Shown here piece by piece: positions 36,436-44,168 of a DNA stretch of 64,000 bases. Made by a program: the position numbers and the translations under genes. The stretch is taken from NCBI GenBank assembly GCA_905205665.1, contig CAJLEF010000002.1, forward strand, positions 85,050-149,049, given 5' to 3'. The notes under the pieces are model-generated. The model was not told where the DNA came from and ran no database searches. It saw only the letters and a list, made by a program, of their open reading frames with translations. The first letter of the stretch is position 1. Each line of letters opens with the position of its first letter. The DNA is from an uncultured Bacillota bacterium (lineage in GTDB: Bacteria; Bacillota_I; Bacilli_A; RF39; UBA660).

Positions 36436-37794
36436 TCAATTTAGTTCATATGGGTCATTTTTTGTACCGCTTCCTTTGATGTTAACATCAGAGCTGGCAT
36501 TAATAACAGGGCGAAGACCATAAGCGACACTCACATTACCATCTTCAACACTACTATAGTAGGAAGGCGTAACAACAAAAGCAAGAGCTATCCAATCGAC
36601 TCCGCCAAAATAATTATATCCTCCTACTGATGTCATTGTCCAAAAATAATCACCAGACGTCAAGTAAACTCTATTATTTTTTTTCATATGACTATAAGTG
36701 CCATCAAATAAGCCACCTGCATAACCTGCTAGCAGAACTTCGTCCACTGTTATTAAACCAATCGGATAAGTTAAAGACTTATTGCCACTTGAAGCGGTAG
36801 ATACTGTATAATAATCACCTTCATTTTCACAAGCTAATGTCGGAGCACTTGCTTCTACTCTTAAATATCCTTTATTGTAAGTAGTAACTGTTCCTGTTCC
36901 AACACCGCTTTGATTGTTTAAATTAGAACGGTCGCCACAGAAACCAGCATTCGTATCTAATTTTGAAGCATAACTTGAAAGTTTATCCGTATAGAACTTA
37001 TCATTGGCTGTTTTAATTGTCGAAGAAGTGCTTGTACCATGATCTTCTCCAGATGTATACATATATCCCATATACATATTGTCATTATTGTTTATATTAA
37101 ATTGACTTGTCCCATATTGTCTGTCTGTTGATGACTCACCATTTTGATGAGCACTCGTACCATCATAAATCATTCTGATAGAACCATTACTGTTGATTCG
37201 TATAATACGCCAAAAATAACCTGCAAATTTGACATAGTTGTTTTCCACTGAACCACGGTAGTAATATGTAGGTTTAGCGTCTGTGTCTGTTGTTTCATAA
37301 ATACCTTTTTCATGGGATTCACATGATGAATCATCACAGGCTGACTTTGTAAAATCTGGAGTATATGTGTTAACTTCAATATTTCCTAAAGCCGTTTTTA
37401 CTGTTTTAGCTGTTTTATTAAAATATAAAGTACATTTTGTTCTTGTATTTGTTGTAGCACTATAATTATGATAATCACCAATGAATTTCCAACCAGCATT
37501 ATCCCAAGTTGGAACTACTCCATTATTACAGTTTGATTTTGTTTCATCTAAAGTGTAGCCTGTGTTTTGAAGAGGCATATTTCTTGATATAACGCCATCT
37601 ATATAATAAGCAAAATAGATATCTCCCGGATCTTCTACGGTTCCATTTATGACATCAAAATCTTTTTTTTCTTCATACAAAGCATAGGATTTATAAAACA
37701 AATAACTACTTATAGAAAGTAAAAGAAATCCTATGACCAATATGACATAAGATTTTCTTTTATAATTATTTTCTTTATATTTTTTTAATTCCAT
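36436..37794 (-). CDS. exported paralog-family protein P4
   Basis: 452 aa from MELKKYK (ATG 37792-37794 behind GGTGAAGATA). This start is homologous to the P2/P3 starts. The 5' half is about 90-95% identical in DNA to P5 and P2. Confidence 0.8.
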   Translation of the reverse strand: MELKKYKENNYKRKSYVILVIGFLLLSISSYLFYKSYALYEEKKDFDVINGTVEDPGDIYFAYYIDGVISRNMPLQNTGYTLDETKSNCNNGVVPTWDNAGWKFIGDYHNYSATTNTRTKCTLYFNKTAKTVKTALGNIEVNTYTPDFTKSACDDSSCESHEKGIYETTDTDAKPTYYYRGSVENNYVKFAGYFWRIIRINSNGSIRMIYDGTSAHQNGESSTDRQYGTSQFNINNNDNMYMGYMYTSGEDHGTSTSSTIKTANDKFYTDKLSSYASKLDTNAGFCGDRSNLNNQSGVGTGTVTTYNKGYLRVEASAPTLACENEGDYYTVSTASSGNKSLTYPIGLITVDEVLLAGYAGGLFDGTYSHMKKNNRVYLTSGDYFWTMTSVGGYNYFGGVDWIALAFVVTPSYYSSVEDGNVSVAYGLRPVINASSDVNIKGSGTKNDPYELN

Positions 37795-37820
37795 TATCTT
37801 CACCATAGTTTCCTATGATG

Positions 37821-37853
37821 ATTATAACAGATACCCCCCCCCCCGACTGTCAA
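37821..37853 (-). promoter_or_regulatory. P4 promoter: TTGACA - GTC-G11-TATCTGT (21-nt spacer) - TATAAT with TGn extension
   Basis: Read directly on the minus strand. The -10 is at 37821-37826 and the -35 at 37848-37853. About 27 nt separate the -10 from the ATG. Confidence 0.55.
37834..37844 (-). repeat. homopolymeric tract, C11 on plus strand = G11 on the coding strand
   Basis: Counted directly: ataCCCCCCCCCCCgac. Confidence 0.95.
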
Positions 37854-37854
37854 G

Positions 37855-38762
37855 ACGGTTTGGAGAGTTTATAATATCTTTATACCACTTTGACAGAGGG
37901 TATATAATATAAATAATTTTAGAAAGGAGTAATTTTATGGCTAAAAAATATGATAATAATTTTAAATCTATGATTGTTAATTTAATTTGTAATGAAAAAC
38001 ATTCTACTATTAAAACTGCTGAACAATTTGAGATTCCTCTCAAGACTGTTGAAAAATGGATTACTGCTTACAACAAAAATAATAGATGTTTTGATTCCGA
38101 TTATAAAACTCAAAGTCAAATTATCGATGATTTAAAAAAACAAATTTCTAGATTAGAAAAAGATAATGAAATACTAAAAAAAACGATTACTTTATTAGCA
38201 AAAAAGGAATAAAGAGGTTTGAAAGTGCTGAACTATTAGTTTCAAAATATAATTATAAGCTTAATGAAGTCTATAATGCTTTAAATATTAATAAATCTTC
38301 TTATTTGTATTGGAAATGTAAAGGGAAAAATAATCTAAATAAGTTAGCTACTTTTTGTCAGCAAATTGTTTCTGTTTATGCTGATTCAAATGGAGTTTAT
38401 GGTGCACCCAAAATAGCTGCTGTTTTAAAGACAAAAGGCATTACTTGTTCCACTTCTAATGTTTCCAAAATCATACATAGATTGGGCATTAGAAGTATTG
38501 TTTCTAAGAAATTTCCTCATAGAAAAAGTAATTTAACAGACAAAGAAAAATCCTTAATTATTAATTTAATTAAAGATTTAGAAATTAACAAAATCAATCA
38601 AGTTTGGACTACTGATATTACTTATATTCAAACTATCAACGAAGGCACTTTTTATCTGATTTCTTTCTTTGACTACTTTTCCAAAAAAGTTGTTGCATGG
38701 GGTTTATTTTCTGACCAAAAAACAGATAAAATTTTAAAGGTTTTAGATGATGCTATTGAAAA
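37855..38762 (+). mobile_element. IS3-family insertion sequence remnant (left part only; 3' end deleted)
   Basis: OrfA plus a -1 frame OrfB N-terminal portion with an A_AAA_AAG slippery site. OrfB stops after the first catalytic D (WTTDITY) region. No inverted repeats were identifiable, so the boundaries are approximate. Confidence 0.75.
37937..38212 (+). CDS. IS3-family transposase OrfA (HTH)
   Basis: 91 aa. The HTH (KTAEQFEIPLKTVEKWI) is followed by a leucine-zipper-like tail (LKKQISRLEKDNEILKK), typical of IS3/IS150 OrfA. Confidence 0.8.
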   Translation: MAKKYDNNFKSMIVNLICNEKHSTIKTAEQFEIPLKTVEKWITAYNKNNRCFDSDYKTQSQIIDDLKKQISRLEKDNEILKKTITLLAKKE

Positions 38763-38766
38763 AAGA
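38203..38766 (+). pseudogene. IS3-family transposase OrfB, truncated (lacks most of the DDE/rve domain)
   Basis: The -1 frame is open from the slippery site at 38200-38206. It contains GAPKIAAVLK and NQVWTTDITYI (first D) and ends at ...DDAIEKR, then reads into flanking DNA. Confidence 0.7.
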
Positions 38767-38786
38767 TTGCAATTTCTTACAATCTT
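38758..38786 (-). terminator. rho-independent terminator after P5
   Basis: Minus strand: AAGATTG-10 nt loop-CAATCTT-TTTTTC. The U-tract abuts or overlaps the point where IS homology ends. Confidence 0.5.
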
Positions 38787-38801
38787 GACACTTATTTGAC
38801 A

Positions 38802-40154
38802 TCAATTAACAACATATGGGTCTGTCATAGTGCCGGTTCCATTAATGGTGACATTAGATTTTAAATTAATAACTGGGCGCAGACCAATCTCAACACCAGG
38901 GCTACGGTCGACAATTTTACCAGTGAAGCTCATAGTGAACACAAACGTAGTTGTATCAAGATATCCAAACGGATTATAGAACCCGGCAGGTGTCATAGTC
39001 CAAAATACATTTTCTGAAATCAAATAACTTCCATTATTTGATTTTTGATGGCTATATTCGCCATCAAAGACACCACCGGCATGACCAGCAAGCATTGTTT
39101 CATCAACAGTGATTAAACCAATCGGGTAGTCTAATTTTTTGTTACCACTTGAAGCGCTGGTTACTGTATAATAATCACTGGCATTTTCACAGGCAAGGGT
39201 TGGTGCACTTTCTTCTACCCTTAAGTATCCTTTATTGTAGGTAATAACGGTTCCTGTTCCAACTCCACTTTGTTTATTTAAATTAGAACGGTCCCCACAG
39301 AAACCAGCATTCGTATCTAATTTTGAAGCGTAACTTGAAAGTTTAGCGGTATAGAACTTATCCACATTTGTTTTAATTGTTGAAGATGTTCCTGTACCAT
39401 GGGCCTCACCCGATGTGTACATATAGCCTACATACATGTTGTTCTTATTATTTGGATTAAATTGACTTGTGCCATATTGTCTAACCGCTGATAATTCGCC
39501 ATTCGCGTGAGCACTCGTTCCATCATAAATCATTCTAATCGAACCATTACCGTTAATACGAATAATTCGCCAATAGAATCCTGCAAACTTAACATAATTG
39601 TTTTCTACCGAACCTCTGTAATAATAAGTAGGCTTTCCATCATTGTCTGTTGTTTCATAAATACCCTTTTCGTGAGATTCACATGAAGAATCATCACAAG
39701 CAGACTTTGTAAAATCTGGAGTATAACTATTCACTTCAATATTTCCTAAAGCCGTTTTTACTGTTTTAGCTGTTTTATTAAAATATAAAGTACATTTGGT
39801 TCTTGTATTTGTGGTCGCACTATAATTATGATAATCACCAATAAATTTCCAACCAGCATTATCCCAAGTTGGAACAACGCCATTATTACAGTTTGATTTT
39901 GTTTCATCTAAAGTGTAGCCTGTGTTTTGAAGAGGCATATTTCTTGATATAACGCCATCTATATAATAAGCAAAATATATATCACCAGGATCTTCTACGG
40001 TTCCATTTATGACATCAAAGTCTTTCCTTTCTTCATATAAAGCATAGGATTTATAAAATAAATAACTGCTTATGGAAAGTAAAAGAAATCCTATGACTAA
40101 TACGACATAAGATTTTCTTTTATAATTATTGTCTTTATATTTTTTTAATTCCAT
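38802..40154 (-). CDS. exported paralog-family protein P5
   Basis: 450 aa from MELKKYK (ATG 40152-40154). The family blocks are as in P2-P4. Confidence 0.8.
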   Translation of the reverse strand: MELKKYKDNNYKRKSYVVLVIGFLLLSISSYLFYKSYALYEERKDFDVINGTVEDPGDIYFAYYIDGVISRNMPLQNTGYTLDETKSNCNNGVVPTWDNAGWKFIGDYHNYSATTNTRTKCTLYFNKTAKTVKTALGNIEVNSYTPDFTKSACDDSSCESHEKGIYETTDNDGKPTYYYRGSVENNYVKFAGFYWRIIRINGNGSIRMIYDGTSAHANGELSAVRQYGTSQFNPNNKNNMYVGYMYTSGEAHGTGTSSTIKTNVDKFYTAKLSSYASKLDTNAGFCGDRSNLNKQSGVGTGTVITYNKGYLRVEESAPTLACENASDYYTVTSASSGNKKLDYPIGLITVDETMLAGHAGGVFDGEYSHQKSNNGSYLISENVFWTMTPAGFYNPFGYLDTTTFVFTMSFTGKIVDRSPGVEIGLRPVINLKSNVTINGTGTMTDPYVVN

Positions 40155-40180
40155 TATCTTCACCATAGTCTCCTATGATG

Positions 40181-40212
40181 ATTATAACAGATACCCCCCC
40201 CCCGACTGTCAA
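40181..40212 (-). promoter_or_regulatory. P5 promoter: TTGACA - GTC-G10-TATCTGT (20-nt spacer) - TATAAT with TGn extension; A9 tract upstream
   Basis: Read directly. The -10 is at 40181-40186 and the -35 at 40207-40212. It is a duplicate of the P4 promoter apart from tract length. An A9 run (T9 at 40223-40231 on the plus strand) lies in the UP-element position. Confidence 0.55.
40194..40203 (-). repeat. homopolymeric tract, C10 on plus strand = G10 on the coding strand
   Basis: Counted directly: ataCCCCCCCCCCgac. Confidence 0.95.
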
Positions 40213-40286
40213 GGGACTTTTATTTTTTTTTGACTGTTAGTAAGTATTAAAATTTTCCCTAGTCACAATTTATTTTAATTTTATAA

Positions 40287-41099
40287 TCATTCATTATTTT
40301 TAAATACACTGGCTATTTCATAACCTAAGAAAGTAAAAATGCTTAATGTCAACAAATTAGAAGAATTTAAAAAAGGAAAGATTTTTAAATAGAAAAAGTA
40401 AATGGAACTTAAAAGAAAAATAAAGATAAGAAGCCAAGTCGTTTCTTGATGTTTCTTAAAACACCAAGCCATAATTTTAACCATTATTAAAATACCTAAT
40501 AACGTTCCCACAATAAAAAGGAAAAGTTCTTGTAAATGCATAAAAGGATAAGCCATCAAATTTAAAATATATGTGTAACTACCAAGACTTACATAAGTAG
40601 CCGTTGCACTGATACCAGGTAAAACCATACATAACGCATCAATAATTCCCAAGAAAAACACATAAAAATAAGATATAAAGGATGAGTCAAAATGAAAAGT
40701 ATTAAAACGAATATGATTATAAAAATAGATTAATAAAAGTAAAATTATTAAAAGAAAAAAATAATCTTTCTTTTTTATCTTGGTATTTTGGTACACCGTT
40801 GGCACCGTTCCTAAAATAAGACCACCAAAAAAAGTCATCGTATAAAGGTAATAATTCTCCGTCAAAAATAAGACAAGTTTGCTTCCTAAAAAAATAGAAA
40901 GTAAGATACCACATCCTAAAGGAAATAAATACTTAAAGCTCTCTTTTTTGTTTTTAAAAAAAGAATTAATTTTTAAAATAGCTTCATCATAAACACCCAG
41001 TAAAATAGCCAAAATAGCGCCTGATACTCCTGGTATTACTTTGCCAAGACCAATTATAATACCTTTTAGAAAAAGAAAAAAACTTTGCATAGGCTTCAC
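40287..41099 (-). CDS. DUF368-family membrane protein (PopT-like undecaprenyl-phosphate translocase family)
   Basis: 270 aa, polytopic, with the duplicated motif PGVSGA / PGISAT characteristic of DUF368. Confidence 0.7.
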   Translation of the reverse strand: MKPMQSFFLFLKGIIIGLGKVIPGVSGAILAILLGVYDEAILKINSFFKNKKESFKYLFPLGCGILLSIFLGSKLVLFLTENYYLYTMTFFGGLILGTVPTVYQNTKIKKKDYFFLLIILLLLIYFYNHIRFNTFHFDSSFISYFYVFFLGIIDALCMVLPGISATATYVSLGSYTYILNLMAYPFMHLQELFLFIVGTLLGILIMVKIMAWCFKKHQETTWLLIFIFLLSSIYFFYLKIFPFLNSSNLLTLSIFTFLGYEIASVFKNNE

Positions 41100-41128
41100 C
41101 TAGTAAAGTTTATTCTTTTAAAACATAA

Positions 41129-43282
41129 TTATTTCTCAATCTTTTTTTCTGGTTTAGGAAGAGTAGCCTTACGAGAAAGATTAAGTCGTCCCCGATTATC
41201 ATAACCTAAACTTTTAACGGTAATTTCATCGCCAACTTTTACAATATCTTTTGGCTTATTTACTCTTTCATGAGCAAGTTCTGAAACATGAACAAGTCCT
41301 TCACAGTTAGGCCATAAAGAAACAAAACAGCCAAAATCTTCTACTTTTGTGACAACTCCGGTATAAATTTTATCAGGTTCTACTTCTCTTACCACATCTA
41401 AAATCATTTCTTTTGTTTTTTGAATGATATCTGTGTCTGTATGGTAAATAATAACTCTGCCATCATCTTCTAAATCAACTTTGACGGCATCTTTATCATT
41501 TACGGTAGCAACATGACTTGCTTCTAAAATAATTTTCGTAATCATTTCGCCCCCACGACCAATCACGTCTTTAATACGGTCTGGATTAATTTTGAATGTT
41601 TCAATCTTAGGAGCGTATGGACTTAATTCTTTTCTTGGTTCTTTAATACAATCCGTCATAACATCTAAGATTTCTAAACGAGCTTTTTTAGCTTGAGCTA
41701 AGGCTTCTTTTAAGATTTCTTTAGTTACGCCCTTAATTTTGATATCCATTTGTAAAGCCGTGATACCATCTTTAGTACCGGCAACTTTAAAGTCCATATC
41801 TCCCATGTGATCTTCAAGACCTTGAATGTCTGTTAAAATCGTGTATTTTTTAGGATCTTCTTTAGAAGTAATAAGGCCCATAGCAATGCCCGCGACTGGA
41901 GCTTTGATTGGTACACCAGCGGCCATTAAAGATAAACAGCCTGCACAAATGGTAGCTTGGCTGGATGAACCATTACTTTCTAAGATTTCAGATACAACAC
42001 GAATCGTATATGGGAATTCTTCTTCAGAAGGAATCACATAAGATAAGGCTCTTTCTCCTAACGCACCATGGCCAATTTCTCTTCTTCCCGGTGAACCGTA
42101 ACGTCCTATTTCACCAACTGAAAAAGCAGGGAAATTATAATGAAGCATAAATCTTTTAGTATCTTCAATACCAAGGCCATCTAAAATTTGATGTTCCCCA
42201 ATAGCGCCTAAAGTCGTCGTAGCTAAACTTTGGGTTTGCCCTCTTGTAAAGACAGCTGAACCATGACATCTTGGCAATAAATCAATGCAAGCATCTAAAT
42301 GTCTTATTTCGTCCATTTTACGACCATCTGGACGAATATGTTTTTCAGTAATTAATTTTCTTACGACATCACCTTCTAAGTTATGAAGGATTTTACCGAC
42401 TTGTTTAATTTTATCATTTAGATTTTCATCTTCTAAATAAACATTAGTAAAATAGCCAATCGTTTCTTGTTTTAAACTTTCTACTTGTCTTACAGATTCC
42501 AATTTATCTTTAATTTGAATTCTTTTAAACATTTCTTCTTCAGCGTAACTAATTACTTGACTTTCAATATCTTTATCAAGTTCTGCCTTGTCAAGTTCTA
42601 CTTTTTCTTTACCAATTTCATTAATAATTTCTTTTTGGAAAGCACAAAGTTTTTTAATAGCTTCATGTCCAAATAAAATACCTTCTAGAATTTCTTTTTC
42701 ACTACATTCAGCAGCGCCAGCCTCGACCATACAAATAGCTTCGCTAGTTCCCGCAACGGTTAAATTCATTTTGGATTTTTCAAGTTGTTCAACACTTGGA
42801 TTAATAATATATTCTTTACCAATTTTGCCAACAACAACACCCGAAACAGGACCATCAAAAGGAATCTCAGAAATACCTAAGGATAAAGAAGAGCCAAATA
42901 AAGCTGCCATTATGGGTGAGTTATCTTGGTCTACAGATAAAACGGTATTGATAACTTGGATTTCATTTCTTAAGTTTTCATCAAACATTGGTCTTAAAGG
43001 ACGGTCGATAATACGAGCCGCTAAAGTTGCTTCGTCACTAGGACGTCCTTCTCTTTTAATAAATCCGCCTGGAATTTTACCTACGGAATAAAGTTTTTCT
43101 TGATATAGAACTTGTAAAGGAAAAAAATCTTGGGTGATAACATTCGTTCCCATAACAGAAGCACTTAAAACAACGGTATCGCCGTAACGAACTAGGCAAG
43201 CACCATTGGCTTGTTTGGCAAGCCAACCTGTTTCTATAACAATTTCTTTACCAAAAAAATCGAGTTTAAATTCTTTTTTCAT
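41129..43282 (-). CDS. pnp: polyribonucleotide nucleotidyltransferase (PNPase)
   Basis: Two RNase PH domains plus KH plus S1 ([13 protein letters not shown]). The start is set at [13 protein letters not shown] behind AAGGAGA. Confidence 0.95.
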   Translation of the reverse strand: MKKEFKLDFFGKEIVIETGWLAKQANGACLVRYGDTVVLSASVMGTNVITQDFFPLQVLYQEKLYSVGKIPGGFIKREGRPSDEATLAARIIDRPLRPMFDENLRNEIQVINTVLSVDQDNSPIMAALFGSSLSLGISEIPFDGPVSGVVVGKIGKEYIINPSVEQLEKSKMNLTVAGTSEAICMVEAGAAECSEKEILEGILFGHEAIKKLCAFQKEIINEIGKEKVELDKAELDKDIESQVISYAEEEMFKRIQIKDKLESVRQVESLKQETIGYFTNVYLEDENLNDKIKQVGKILHNLEGDVVRKLITEKHIRPDGRKMDEIRHLDACIDLLPRCHGSAVFTRGQTQSLATTTLGAIGEHQILDGLGIEDTKRFMLHYNFPAFSVGEIGRYGSPGRREIGHGALGERALSYVIPSEEEFPYTIRVVSEILESNGSSSQATICAGCLSLMAAGVPIKAPVAGIAMGLITSKEDPKKYTILTDIQGLEDHMGDMDFKVAGTKDGITALQMDIKIKGVTKEILKEALAQAKKARLEILDVMTDCIKEPRKELSPYAPKIETFKINPDRIKDVIGRGGEMITKIILEASHVATVNDKDAVKVDLEDDGRVIIYHTDTDIIQKTKEMILDVVREVEPDKIYTGVVTKVEDFGCFVSLWPNCEGLVHVSELAHERVNKPKDIVKVGDEITVKSLGYDNRGRLNLSRKATLPKPEKKIEK

Positions 43283-43327
43283 ACATTCTCCTTTATAAAG
43301 AAAAAGAGACACTAAAAAGATTAGTGC

Positions 43328-43597
43328 CTATTTTCTTAAATTTAATTTTTTAATTAATTCACGATAAGATACAACGTCGTTTTCTTTTAAATAATTTAAA
43401 AGTTTTTTTCTTCTTCCGACTTTCATTTGTAAACCACGTTTAGAATGATAGTCATGAATATGAGTTTTGAAATGTTCTGTTAAGTTGTTAATATCTTCAG
43501 TTAATAAAGCAACTTGAACTTCAGCACTTCCTACATCATTCTTATCTTTTTGAAATTCTTTAATGATTTCAGCTTTTCTTTCTTTAGTCATAGCCAT
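43328..43597 (-). CDS. rpsO: 30S ribosomal protein S15
   Basis: 89 aa from MAMTKERKAEIIKEF... The ATG is 8 nt after GGAGG. The track ORF starts 6 codons earlier. Confidence 0.95.
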   Translation of the reverse strand: MAMTKERKAEIIKEFQKDKNDVGSAEVQVALLTEDINNLTEHFKTHIHDYHSKRGLQMKVGRRKKLLNYLKENDVVSYRELIKKLNLRK

Positions 43598-43687
43598 AAT
43601 CTTTTCCTCCTTCATTTATATAATCGGTTTATCCAAAGTAATTGACGAGGAAGTCAGAAAACTTCAGAAAAACTTCATTACTGGATT

Positions 43688-43716
43688 AGTATAATATATT
43701 TTAAGAAAGATTGCAA
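43688..43716 (-). promoter_or_regulatory. predicted rpsO promoter (TTGCAA-17 nt-TATACT) followed by an about 85-nt structured leader
   Basis: Hexamers and spacing read directly. The leader contains nested complementary segments (CCAGTAAT...ATTACTTTGG and GAAGT...ACTTC). Confidence 0.4.
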
Positions 43717-43726
43717 ATACTTTTAC

Positions 43727-44113
43727 TTAAATTTGCAAGTAACTTTTAATATTATCTCTTAAAGAATAATAATCTGGGACAATTAAATCACTTTCATTCA
43801 CCCCAACTAAAACAGGTTCATACTTTTTATAGTTTAAAAGACACGCTCTATCATAGCCTTCAACTGCTAAAGAAGCAATCGTATCTACAGGAATATCAAA
43901 TTTATGACGAAGATATTTTTCTTCGGTGTAGTCTTTTAAATTAATTTGTTTTCCCACATAAATTTGTAAGGATTCCCCTTTTTTTAGACATAGTTTAACA
44001 CCCGTAATAAGGGGCACAGATAATTCTAATTGTTTATCTAAAAAAGGTAAAGTACTTGCTAATGGTTGGAATTTTGTATAAGAATTTTTACCAATAATAA
44101 ACTGTGATCCCAT
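43727..44113 (-). CDS. hypothetical protein (128 aa)
   Basis: The start is set at MGSQFIIGK behind the strong RBS AAGGGGGA. The longer track ORF overlaps the upstream gene. Confidence 0.45.
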   Translation of the reverse strand: MGSQFIIGKNSYTKFQPLASTLPFLDKQLELSVPLITGVKLCLKKGESLQIYVGKQINLKDYTEEKYLRHKFDIPVDTIASLAVEGYDRACLLNYKKYEPVLVGVNESDLIVPDYYSLRDNIKSYLQI

Positions 44114-44168
44114 TGTAATTCCCCCTTCGCGCTTTTCTATTCTACCATGATCAGTTTTAAAGTACAAC

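Noticed and set aside
37834-37844. G-tract as a G-quadruplex element or as part of the IS end
   Set aside because: A single G-run cannot form an intramolecular quadruplex. The same tract occurs at the IS-free P5 promoter, so it belongs to the paralog promoter and not to the IS.
37822-38043. 73-aa minus-strand ORF spanning the poly-C tract
   Set aside because: It runs antisense through IS OrfA and across the promoter and homopolymer. Its translation (…SRGGGYLL) is simply the G-tract read as Gly codons. There is no RBS. It is better explained as promoter plus IS DNA.
38767-38799. C-terminal LQFLTILTLI tail of the 164-aa OrfB-frame ORF as genuine transposase sequence
   Set aside because: IS3-family OrfB proteins continue with the rve core (…H-S-D-x-G-x-Q-Y…) after this point. 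Here the frame reads through the P5 terminator hairpin and stops, which is consistent with truncation.
42588-43091. 167-aa plus-strand ORF, and other 60-90-aa plus-strand ORFs such as 1871-2071, 3855-4073, 28284-28532, 30398-30672 and 41826-42150
   Set aside because: They lie entirely antisense within long, well-supported minus-strand genes (pnp, HAD, ezrA, parC, parE). They have low-complexity Ser/Leu/Phe-rich translations, no RBS and no recognisable motif. These are shadow ORFs typical of AT-rich DNA.
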